From Lingula anatina (Eukaryota > Animalia > Brachiopoda), in assembly GCA_051362555.1 (NCBI GenBank), contig JBPQGU010000016.1, positions 4,836,001 to 4,900,000 on the forward strand: a DNA stretch of 64,000 nt, written 5' to 3'. The notes beneath the pieces are model-generated. The model did not search any database. It saw only the letters and a list, made by a program, of their open reading frames with translations, and was not told the origin of the DNA. This document shows positions 1 through 10,568 of the stretch, piece by piece. A program made the translations under genes and the position numbers. Every line of letters begins with the position of its first letter. The stretch's first letter is position 1.

Positions 1-674
1 TGTAATTATTAAAGGTGGGGGTGCAAATATGTGTGCCTAGATACACAGCAGCTAAGAAATTCCTTAACCCGGGACATCTGTTATCACCTTGCCTTGGTCA
101 ACTACTGTAGGGGAGAGCGGGGTGGGTTGGAACGCGGGTAAGTTGGAACATTGGCTTTATTTCTTAAATCACAAGACCGATCATGTGCTCCTTCAGCATA
201 AAAATGTCACGTGGCATGGTCATTCATCCGGTAAACTTGTGGAAGTTTCGAAAATGCAGTAAAAGTTTTATGCGGAAAAAACTTATTTTCGCAACTCGAA
301 GTAAGTTTTCATATTTTTGACATTCATCGTGCTGTAAACTAAAGTATAAGTATTATATCACTGAAATTCTGCACAGCGTTTAGGACCACCTTGATGTTCA
401 AAAAGCTGTTGTTTTTTTAATCACTTCCCACGTGTTAAAGAAATACAGTGTCATAAGTAGGCCATGACGTCATGGGGGCTGGTTGGAACATTTGACATGG
501 GGCCAGTTGGAACACTGTCAGGGGTGTTCCAACCCACCCCGCACGGTGTTTTTCATTTTTTAAACCTCTCTAAATGTTTTAATTTCAACTTTGAAGATAG
601 TAGTAACGTAGAAACCCAGTACAACTCCAACTGGAGACGGAATCTAGCTGATAGAATATCTCCAAGATGCCGGA

Positions 675-1095
675 ATGTACATGCGTGTAGAAGATACAAG
701 GGGGGATGGTCACTGCTTGTTAAATGCAGTTGCTAGCTGTTTGGCCGAAAGGGGTCTGCATGCCCAACGTTGCTTTTTTTGCGATAAATTGCCTTTAGAT
801 GTGGAAGGAAATGTCGATTATTACTCTGCTTTACGCGGCAAAATGAAAATATTCTAGCTGAGAGCCTATGTTATGGATAAACTATACAACACCAATTCTG
901 CCGATATTGTTTTAAATGCTTTGTGTAATGGATTGGAAGTTGCTGTTAATGTTTAGTGAACGAGGGTACAAAATACGTCAGAAAAGACAAACATTCACCT
1001 CGTAACTTAGGCAAAGATTCAGTTGAAATCTCAGTTGCCCTCACCGGAAAAGGTGCTACAGCACACTACAGCGCACTTAAGAAAACCCTAAAACA
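675..1095 (+). pseudogene. Disrupted OTU-family cysteine protease (deubiquitinase-like) domain inside the transposon
   Basis: RVEDTRGDGHCLLNAV matches the OTU Cys-loop GDGxC (Cys codon 714-716). The same frame past a TAG gives YNTNSADIVLNALCNGLEVAV. After a frameshift, ISVALTGKGATAHYSAL matches the OTU His-loop HY (1064-1069). Confidence 0.7.
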
Positions 1096-1099
1096 GCTC

Positions 1100-1508
1100 A
1101 AGTCCAGCAATAATTAGACCGTTTCCAAAGGCTCACCGTCGCAGTCCAAAGATTAAAAGAAGAAAACGATGCAGTGCAGTACTAACTGACACACCTGAAA
1201 ATGAGCTACTCGAAAAAGAAAAGGCCAAGCCCAACAAAATTAAAAAGGACAAGCGCAACAAAAATAAAAAACAGTTAAAGATTTCTAGTCGATAGAGAAA
1301 ATCAAGAAAAAGGAAATTAAAGATGACCAGCGATTCTGAGTCAGAAGTAGAGTGGCCATGTCTGGTTTGTGGGGAGCCGTTCATTAACAGCCGACCAAAA
1401 GAGAAATGGGTTTAATGCATTGTTTGTCTAAAGTGGGCACATGAAGACTGTACAAAGGTTGACCAAGTGTACATATGTCAGAACTGCGATTTTGATTCTG
1501 AGGTCTAG
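1100..1508 (+). pseudogene. pogo-like transposase C-terminal tail plus PHD finger (disrupted)
   Basis: SPAIIRPFPKA..KRRKRCSAVLTDTPE, then a Lys-rich tract, then CLVCGEPFINSRPKEKWV*CIVCLKWAHEDCTKVDQVYICQNC (C4HC3 PHD). It has internal stops and ends at TAG 1506-1508. Confidence 0.85.
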
Positions 1509-2626
1509 TTGAAAGAGATACAGTTTTCATTTGTAGGTCTAACATACTGTTGTTAATAGGTTGAGTTATGTAAATTCAATTTCTTTTCTCTTAAACTACA
1601 CCACTTCTGTTATCATTATGAAATGAAGTGTAACTAGATATGGTTTATACATCGAAAAGACAAATTGTAAACGTAAAAAATGCTTACAAACTATGGAGAT
1701 ACAAATGCAAGGTAACACGTACTTGTTGGGATATTAATATAGATAAACCTACTTTTAAAATGAATTATACTTTGAATTTATATGCAAGCGTTCCAACTCG
1801 CCCTCTTGTTCCAACTCACCCCACTGACTGTTCCAACTTACCCCGCGGGTGGGGTGAGATGGAACGTTTTAAGAGGCAACTTTGAGCATTTATTGCTCTA
1901 AAATAAAAAGACCTACTTGATGTTTTATTTCATAGATGAGTGCGGCATATAATTATCTCCTATCAGTGTTTTTATTTTTGTCCCCAAAGCTTTGACTGCT
2001 GAGATATCGCAAAAAAGGTGAAAAGTGTTCCAACCAACCCCGCTCTCCCCTACTTAAGGTAAAAATGTGCAGACACAAGACCCAAACTACCATTCTACTA
2101 CCTACTACTAACTAACCAGACTAATTTCCTATAAACAAAACGTTGATGTATTACCAAAAAGTTAATACCACCACTAAAACAAACCATTTGCTACATAAAT
2201 ACAATTAATTATCTTAATTGAAGTTTGGTGGTTTCCGTTGTTATCATGATGTGTCAAACAATCAGTTTGAAAAAGAAACTGATTGTTGAAGAAATTTGCC
2301 CGTAGCTCCTTATTATTAGGCCTCACATTTTAGAATAAATTACATTTATGTACTAATATTAGGATTTAAAACAAACTCTTAAGTGCAAGAATCACACTGC
2401 GACACACCAGTTTGAAACTCTTTCTTTACCAGAACAGTCTCCGAGTGGAATGAACGAAGTGACCAACAAGTTACTGCTGAAACTGTGGAAGGCTTTAGAT
2501 CCGGCCTACACCGTCATTTCCCATGCGCTCCCTCTTCCCGTCTATCATATACCAGCAGTTTTTTTTTTTTTTTTTTTAAGATACAGCTTGGACCTATTTA
2601 GGTCCAAGGATACAGATAGGTACCAT

Positions 2627-2700
2627 GTGGCGGATCCAGGGGCGGATCCAGGAATATTTTAAGGGGGCGGGCCGACCCCGCCCCCCCCCCTCCCTGTACA
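2627..2700 (+). mobile_element. MITE terminal fragment (CAGGGGCGGATCCAG type), with the end motif duplicated
   Basis: GTGGCGGATCCAGGGGCGGATCCAGGAATATTTTAAGGGGG followed by a C-run. The terminal motif is the same as in the MITEs at 12.2 and 15.9 kb. Confidence 0.45.
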
Positions 2701-3470
2701 GACCGCTTGTTCAAAATATACTATAAGATAATGTTTACAACTGCTGATTCCCTGTGTTTACAGATCACGAAATTAATATGCGCCAGCAGGGCCATATCAC
2801 CGTCGTTATTCGGATATTGATTTGTTCTTGATTTGGTTGAGCTTCTTTGTTCAGGCGAGGGTGAGGACCACTGCTAAGTCCATTCCTGATCCCAAATTAA
2901 GCGATATTGAAAACTCTGTTTCTGAGTGAGTGTCTTTTAAATGTGCTTAAATATCTCCAATAGATCTTATCAAACATATTTATATACAGGTACATGTATA
3001 TATAAGGGTTGCTTTGCATTCTTTGCATTTGAAAAAGGGCACATACTTTAATAACATTATTAGAATAATCTATTTTAATTTTGATAAAAAACTTAATCAA
3101 AAACTTTATTGCAAATGTGTTATTTAAACTTTATGGATTAAATGGATTAATCTAAAATTTTAACTTAATGCGTGTTTTGTTTCTATATCAAGTGTACCCA
3201 TGTCCACAAGTAGAAGCGGTGGATGGAAGCAGTGGTTCTGATGTTCTGGTTGTGACCAGTAGGCCTAAACCACAGCAGGGACTTAATTGCTATAAAGCAG
3301 ACCGACATACATCTCTAAACAGATGGAACTTATATTGTCTTTCATTAAATAACATAGAGCTTTACATTTAAAGGCAAGACACACTTTGAGAAGGAGTAAG
3401 ATGAAAAATAACATGGGTTGGCATCCTAAAATATAATTTGAGTATGACTTATTACCCTCTATTCCTTTGG

Positions 3471-3474
<4 letters not shown>

Positions 3475-3533
<59 letters not shown>
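3475..3533. repeat. (TA)n microsatellite, ~29 units
   Basis: Direct reading of the sequence. Confidence 0.97.
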
Positions 3534-3535
<2 letters not shown>

Positions 3536-3747
3536 ACAAAAGGAACATGAACAATTTTATTTCTTAGAGGGGGGGGGGGTTACCTATTCAGCTGATAGCA
3601 GTGAAAATCCATGCCAAGTCTGGTCGATCAATGTAGACCTGTGGTGTCTATAGGAATGTGTCCTAAATCCCACCAAGTGTTGTTTTAGGAATTGTCGCAC
3701 CACATATTTATGATGTCCGTGTTTCGATATATCCCATTTATTCATAG

Positions 3748-4445
3748 TTGATGGCAGAATGGACAGCCCAGGACATAGTGCACAATATTGCGCGAGCATT
3801 ATTGTTGACTATGAAACAGGGGATGTGTTGCAAGCAGAAGTTGTAAGGAAGAAAGAAACCAAGCTGAGTAGCTCTGTAATGGAGAAGGAAGGGTTTGTCA
3901 GGGCTATGGATTTCCTGAAAAAAAAAAAGGAATCAGTGCAACAGAAGTGGTCAAAGATGCCCTTGTTGCACACTTAAGTACAAAGTGCTGTTTAGGTCTT
4001 ACTATAATAATTAGAAAGCAAATTTAGTATGTGAAATGTATCTACCTGATGTGATTATTTAGTTGCAATTCTTGCGATTTTTTGTTATATCTCTCTATAT
4101 ATTTAGCTAAATTTTCCTTATTTCAGAAAAAAAAAATGAGTCGGGATAAAACATTCGTGGGTGATTTGGCATGGGGCAAAAATCTTGGAAAGAAGATAAT
4201 CACTGTGAGTAGATATGCATGAGAACAACACAAACTATTGCACCATTTTCCATATCTTCAGGTAGAAAAAATAAATGAGTTTTTTCTATCATGGACATTT
4301 TCCTTTTTAATAGAGTTATGCATTAAGAATTATATAGCTGTCTTGCAATTTTATATTTTAGGCTGAACAGACAAGGAGGACAAGAGATCTGGTTGCATGG
4401 ACCAAAGGCATATTATACTCTCACTTTTGGGAATGTGAGCAAGAC
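3748..4445 (+). pseudogene. Intron-containing DDE transposase remnant, Kolobok-like (Mutator/hAT/P/Kolobok C/DxxH group)
   Basis: Exon 3748-3977 reads DGRMDSPGHSAQYC..SSVMEKEGFVRAM, then (frameshift) EVVKDA. Exon 4127-4204 reads IKHSW/DIWHGAK/NLGKKII and is frameshifted. The exon from 4362 reads LVAWTKGILYSHFWEC. GT..AG introns lie at 3978-4126 and 4205-4361. Confidence 0.75.
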
Positions 4446-4499
4446 CACAGATAATATTTGTTGAGATAATTCTGCAGTTTAGTGTTGTGTTTATTTTTT

Positions 4500-5240
4500 A
4501 TTCACCATTTAGATATTGCTCCGGCATCTCAAACTTTTTTAAATCAACGGAAAGAATTTTTTTTTTTTTTTTGGTACTTTCGTTTGGCCTTTCTTCAGCA
4601 CCGTTTATTTTTACTAAAATACTTAGACGTTTAGTTGGGTATTGGAGAAAAATGGAATCCCCATTGTTGTTTATTTAGATGACGGTATTTTGTCTGAAAA
4701 TTCTCTAGAAAAATATATTACATTTAAAACTACATTCTAAAAAAATTAAAATGGATCTGTTTAAAGCAGATTTTGTTTTAAACGCTGAAAAAAGTAAATT
4801 AGAACCAGTCAACAAATTGGAATGGTTGGGGATTTTTTGGGACATGGAAGTAAGGGGATTGTTTATTCCCGAAAAAAGGCTTTCTACATGTACTAGTAAT
4901 ACTCTGTGTCTTTTAGACGAATTGGTTTCAGTATACCGTATATAACAGCTATACAATTGGCGAGGGTTACAGGTAAAATTATTTCTATTTTATTATTATG
5001 TCTCCATTGATTGGAAATGTATCTAGATAAAAAACTAGAGGTATATACTCAGTGATACTGAAAAGGAAGCATTGGGATTTTGATATTAATATTAAAGACG
5101 AATGTCTTGCATTAAAGAATTAATTTTTGGAAAGACAATTTAGTTTTTTTTTTTAATGAGAAAAGTCTACGTGTACAAAGCTTGCCTAGTAAGTTAAAAA
5201 CGGTCTATTCAGATGCCAGAAAACCCGGTTTGGGACCATT
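4500..5240 (+). pseudogene. Reverse transcriptase and RNase H start (Ngaro/DIRS), frameshifted
   Basis: HHLDIAP..; VLSFGLSSAPFIFTKILRRLVGYWR; VVYLDDG (4669-4686); FVLNAEKSKLEPVNKLEWLGIFWD; VYSDA near 5205-5217. Confidence 0.9.
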
Positions 5241-5401
5241 TGTTTTAAATACGACTAAATTTTTCATATTTAAAGGGATTTAAAGTAGATGAATAATTGG
5301 TCATCTGTTTATAGAATTTAAAACTCACTTTCTTCGAAGGAGAGATAAACAGACGATCATTGGATCATTGATATAATGGAGATGGCTTTGTTTATGCATT
5401 T

Positions 5402-5497
5402 CTTAGACCGATTTTGATGAATTTTTCAGGAACTGTACGAAGTGGAACAAGGATAAGAATCAAAAATCGCTGCCTTGGCGGAGGTCTGCGCTCTAGT
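5402..5497 (+). mobile_element. Truncated Helentron-associated (HINE-like) element end inserted in the Ngaro copy
   Basis: CCGATTTTGATGAATTTTTCAGGAA..., ending CCTTGGCGGAGGTCTGCGCTCT (5473-5494). I recall this as a terminal motif of such non-autonomous elements; no database check was possible. Confidence 0.5.
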
Positions 5498-5699
5498 TAC
5501 CAATGGGTTATTGATACAACAGATGCTGTAATGGAGTTCTGCAACATTGAAGGAAGGAAAGGAAGAAATAGCCATTAGGATCACAATCATTGATCAATGA
5601 CATGATTATTGTCCAGGATGAACAGAGATTATGGGAACGATTGCTAGAGTTTTGTTTTCAAAAATTTTCTTTTTTTCCTTTTTCATGTTTTCTTGATAA

Positions 5700-6320
5700 T
5701 GCTATCCTCCAAGACGTGGAGGTTACAAGCAATAAAAGTTTGAAGGCTTTAGCAGATTCATTACCAGATGTCATTTTGAAGTCAAGAGCAGACAACACAG
5801 TGAGAAAATATTCTTACGGCTTCCAAAAATGGCTTGAACGGTGTAATACGATCGGTGTGACCTCTTTCTTTACAGCGAAAGACTCGATTGTTGCTTTTTA
5901 TCTTCAAAATTTGTCACAATCTTGTAATTATTCTGCTGCGGTTTAGACATCTTTTTACACTTTAAAATGGTTTCATGGTACAGCCAACTGTAAGAAAAAT
6001 CCGAAATTGCGAGTCAAAATTCGTTATTGCAGTGAAGGAAGCATCTCAGAGAAGGAAAGATCATAGAGTAACAAAAAAGGAACCTGTAACTGCTAAGCAC
6101 ATTTCTCAATTGGTTACTAATTTAATGAGTTCGGAAGTCACTTTGAAGGATCTCCGAGTACTTTCCGTTTGTTTGATTTCATATGCTGGATTCTAATGCA
6201 GGGACTAAAGACAGACTGTTTAAGAAACACGGTAGATGGCGATCTGAAAACGCAAAAGACGGTTATGTTAAAGATACTGTCGAAGAAAGATTATTAGTTT
6301 CTAAAAATTTGGGAATTTAA
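5700..6320 (+). pseudogene. Tyrosine recombinase (Ngaro), internally deleted
   Basis: LPDVILKSRADNTVRKYSYGFQKW; KKEPVT..LRVLSVCLISYAGF; then a direct jump to DRLFKKHGRWRSENAKDGYVKDTVEERLLVSKNLGI*, with TAA at 6318-6320. Confidence 0.9.
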
Positions 6321-9059
6321 TTTTTTTTACTTGTCTTCCTCTTTTTTTGCTATTTCAAATGTTTTACTTCAGTTTGTCTTCTGTGGCAAGTACTACAAGT
6401 TTTAATTGTTGCTTTTTATTTATTTGAATCAAGAGTGAAGACTTTAAAAATTATTTATGATATTGAATAGATAAATAAGAACATAATATTAATTTGTTTC
6501 ACATTGCGCTCCTTCACACCCCCCCCCCCTCCCTTCATTTGGGTACTTTTCCTTCTCTCTGTAATGTTTACGATCTTTTGTGAATACGACCAGTGTTAAA
6601 AAAGGTAAATTTATTAGTATCTCTAAAATCTTAAATTGATAACTTCAATAACTTCCCTTAATCATGGTTATTTTTATTTAACTTTGACCACGGACCCGCA
6701 GAATCTTCGAGCGGGCCAGTTTATGTCTATTACTTACAATCGACAGCCAGGGGGGCGTACAATACAATATATTTCATCCTACGCAAAGCTACTCCCCGAA
6801 TGTATGAGCATCATCATTTACTTGTTATACCTATCTTCATTGCTATTTTTAGTTTTTGATTTAATATAAACTAGTTGTCCTAGAAAAATATTATGTATGG
6901 TGACAAATAGGTCTACGCGGGTAATAGCCTTGTCACAATAGTAAAATAATATTCCATAATTTCGCCGTTCTTTGAGACCAATTTCCACAGCAACTCCTCA
7001 AATGTGCCATGCACTGTACCAGTTGTAATTTGCATAAGAAAAAGTCGCGCATCGCAGTGCAAGCTATGCTCCTGGTTGGTCACTGGATAGCTAGACCCTG
7101 TAAGAAGACGACCTGCATTCAGTGGTGGTTGGAAGGGTATCACGTGATACGTCAAAAGATGCGCACGCACGTCAGTCATTTGACGTTTTGCCGTCGAAGA
7201 GTGAACATCGAAAGTGAGCTCCCGGCGACGTCTTCCTGCGTCTTCGTCCAGTAAAGCGTTGGCGCAACTGTGTGCGATGCATTGTTTATTGGGGCATTTG
7301 CGTAACGTTACGCCGACTTTGTTTCATTATGTATTAAATGTATATAAATATAAATATGGATGCTACAAACTAATAATGAAACACTTGAAAAAATGTGCAA
7401 TTTATGATCAACAAACCGACGAGTAGAGTTGTAAAATGTCACCGTGGCATAGGTATCAAATCTCTGTCAGTGTGTAGGCCTACTATCCTATATACCTGTA
7501 GTGACTGTAGCTTGGGCAGACTAAAATTTGCTGGCAGTGTTGATTTGTTATTGACTTTAATTTTTCTGTGTATAATTGATAATTTCTTGTTTGAATAAGA
7601 ATAATAATTAACTCTAGAAATTAAAATAGTAAATTATGACAAGTTGATAATTCAGATAACTATAAGAAAGGGCATGTGACAAAGTTTTTGATATGATTAT
7701 AAACTTTTTATTTCACATATTTCATAAAAACATAATTAACAGTATATTTTATTTCTTACATTTTTCTTATAAATTTTATAACTCATTTAAATATTCACAA
7801 AATATTGAAATAATATAATAATACTTTTTAAATGATTTAAAAGGGTGACAACCTACAAATACATACATAGCACAGGCAAGACTGAAATCCTGATAGAATT
7901 CAGATTACTTTAAATTCGTCTTGGTCAGATTTTAATATCACTTTTTTTAAAACTATAAAATATGCCTTGAATTTCAAGTTAGTTTGCCAGATGCGTACAT
8001 TACTCAGAGTGAGAAATCATGGTAAATGCATATAATAAGAGACAGAAAATGTAATGTATTATCAACATTTACAAATCCTCATATCTGACAGAAATCACAA
8101 TAAACGAAGTTTTTCCAAGATCTGCAGTATCTAATTTTCTCCAAGTTCATGAGACTTACTACTCACTTTACTTAATTAATCAAAACTTAACTTACAAAAG
8201 ATGAGGGGAATTCTCTATGCAGATAATACAGTATTTGATATTGTGACAAACTACTAATTTAACATTTGATGACTGAGTAATTAAAAAGCAATCATGTTTA
8301 TTACAATGTCACACTCCATGAAGGCACAGATTTTGGAAATAACAAACATCATTCCTGTTATCTCAAGTCTCTAATTTCAGCTACAATCCATAGGCGGTAT
8401 CCCATTATGAGGTTATAAGCTGTTTCCATTCCCTGAAATTAAAAAGCAGTAAATGTTTTATATTTGATATTATTATTATTTAACTGGATAAGGCTTCAAC
8501 TTTTTAGGTAACCTGTTACCATTATACTTAAATATGATTTCAATTTTTATGATAGTAAGATTAAAATGAAAGTTTAGGCAAAACAAATACAGAACATGTT
8601 TTTGTCAATGTTAACGAAATAGATGAGCAATGGAAACATAAGTCACAAGTTTACAACTATGGTATTCCGATGAATTACTTCTCACCTTTATAGTGCACAG
8701 CATTTCAAAAATAAAAATTGTAGTCCATGCTGAAAAAGATATGAGACTTATCATCAGTATTTAAAAAAAAATGTTTATTTGATATGTACTTGAGCCAATT
8801 ACTGTATGTGGCATAAAAGGGTGCTATTATATGGAGCTACAGTTGAGATATAATAGGCTCTTGTACATCATACACAGTGAATGACAAGTAGTTGTAACTG
8901 ACTAATACCATGACTAGCCCTTCAACAGTTGTAGGAATGTGCTTGTATAGTGATCAGATTGCACATTATGCTTTAAAATACAGACAAGCATGTAAGTGAT
9001 ATACAAGTGCAATTTTGCTGTTGTTATAAATGCTGGCTGTGGGATAACCAAAACAGTAC

Positions 9060-9610
9060 TTTGGCATGCCATATATACAGCCTATAATTCTCAAGATCCT
9101 GGGGTGCCATTGGGTGCCATAGGCTCTTTTTGCTAACCAATATCTAAGCAACATTTCTGACAATTTTGAAAATAATTGTCCGATTGCTTTTTCAGATATT
9201 TGATTTGAAAGACGGGGTCTGCGTGATCCAAAATTCACTCAAACAAAAATGGCCGTAATTTGCCATGGCACTGCATTGTCTATATATCCCAAGACCCAGG
9301 GGTGCTGTTAGTTGCAGGCTACATATTATGTAAAAAGGTACACGAAAAACGTCAGATTAAGATTTGGAAAAAAATCTACCGTTTACTTTTTCAGATATAT
9401 GCTTTTTAATGAGGGAGTTTAACATTATAAAGACGCATTCCTACAAGAATGGTCGTAATTGGGTATGAAGGATTATACCGTCTATAACTCCAAAGATCCA
9501 GGGGTGCCATCGGCACTTTTTGTCGACAAATAAATGAGCAACATTACTGAAAAGTTGGAAAAAAATCGTCCGAGTGCTTTTCGAGATATTTCACTTGAAA
9601 GAAGGCTTGT
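9060..9610 (+). repeat. Degenerate ~200-bp tandem repeat, 3 copies
   Basis: AAGA(T/C)CC(T/A)GGGGTGC recurs near 9093, 9291 and 9493. TTTC(A/GA)GATAT recurs near 9190, 9390 and 9580. Confidence 0.7.
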
Positions 9611-9937
9611 GGTGTGAAAACTTCAGTTTACAATTGTCAAACTACATATGAAGCTATACCTAGTTTAAATTGTCATAAAAACATAAACAGACCAAACACT
9701 TGAAAATCACTTCACATGAGTTAAGTTGAGATGGTACTGATCGTTGTAAATAGTAAAATGCTTTTAAAATACCCACCAAATTTATGTGCATGCCTCCTAA
9801 ATAAACGATCCTCCCCGGTGCGTCGAACGTGCCATTTTGTTTACCTATAACGGAGTGTAAAATTCCTGCTTTTTTCTTTGGCTCCCGAAAATCACGTGAT
9901 ACCCTTTCACCCACCACTGACCTGCATTGAAAGTTTT

Positions 9938-10568
9938 CAAGTGGGTCGAGTCCATTCGATTTGAGGGGTGACAGGTGGGACGAGTCCATTCCATATGAGG
10001 GGTGACAGGTGGGGCGAGTCCATTTCATCTTAGGGGTGACAGGTGGGGCGAGTCCATTTCATCTGAGGGGTGACAGGTGGGGCGAGTCCATTTCATCTGA
10101 GGGGTGACAGGTGGGGCGAGTCCATTTCATCTTAGGGGTGACAGGTGGGGCGAGTCCATTCCATCTGAGGGGTGACAGGTGGGACGAGTCCATTCCATCT
10201 GAGGGGTGACAGGTGGGGCGAGTCCATTTCATCTTAGGGGTGACAGGTGGGGCGAGTCCATTCCATCTGAGGGGTGACAGGTGGGACGAGTCCATTCCAT
10301 CTTAGGGGTGACAGGTGGGGCGAGTCCATTCCATCTGGGGTGACAGGTGGGGCGAGTCCATTTCATCTTAGGGGTGACAGGTGGGACGAGTCCATTCCAT
10401 CTGAGGGGTGACAGGTGGGACGAGTCTATTTCATCTTAGGGGTGACAGGTGGGGCGAGTCCATTCCATCTGAGGGGTGACAGGTGGGGCGAGTCCATTTC
10501 ATCTGAGGGGTGACAGGTGGGACAAGTCCATTCGATTTGAGGGGTGACAGGTGGGGCGAGTCCATTTC
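9938..10568 (+). repeat. 34-bp G-rich minisatellite, ~18 copies
   Basis: Unit (G/T)AGGGGTGACAGGTGGG(G/A)CGAGTCCATT(T/C)CATCT. GGGGTGAC occurs at 9965, 9999, 10033 ... 10541. Confidence 0.97.

Larger units (their letters stand above)
110..2050 (+). mobile_element. Non-autonomous pogo-like (Tc1/mariner superfamily) DNA transposon
   Basis: Left TIR GGGGAGAGCGGGGTGGGTTGGAAC starts at 110. Right TIR GTTCCAACCAACCCCGCTCTCCCC spans 2027-2050 (1 mismatch in 24). TA flanks both sides (108-109, 2051-2052). Subterminal GTTGGAAC/GTTCCAAC copies occur near 143, 482, 507, 526, 1790, 1808 and 1830. The interior encodes a pogo-type transposase C-terminus. Confidence 0.9.
4495..6620 (+). mobile_element. Decayed Ngaro-type (DIRS order) tyrosine-recombinase retrotransposon, 5'-truncated
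   Basis: RT, RNase H and YR remnants occur in the canonical order. The YR ends in HGRWRSENAKDGYVKD..VSKNLGI*, typical of Ngaro. The 3' tail has a C-rich block. Boundaries are approximate. Confidence 0.85.

Noticed and set aside
3438-3653. ORF with a YIYIYI run
   Set aside because: It is the translation of the (TA)n microsatellite.
3584-3740. Minus-strand peptide (HKYVVRQFLKQHLVG) vaguely like the Kolobok accessory P2X7-like protein
   Set aside because: The similarity is too weak, and the conserved Cys/Trp pattern is missing.
8000-9050. Minus-strand splice-like signals and coding-looking stretches
   Set aside because: The frames I tried contain stops and no recognisable protein family, so a gene call is unsupported.
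9938-10568. CRISPR-like appearance of the ~34-bp periodic repeat, and its ORFs
   Set aside because: The units are head-to-tail with no unique spacers, there are no cas genes, and the context is eukaryotic.
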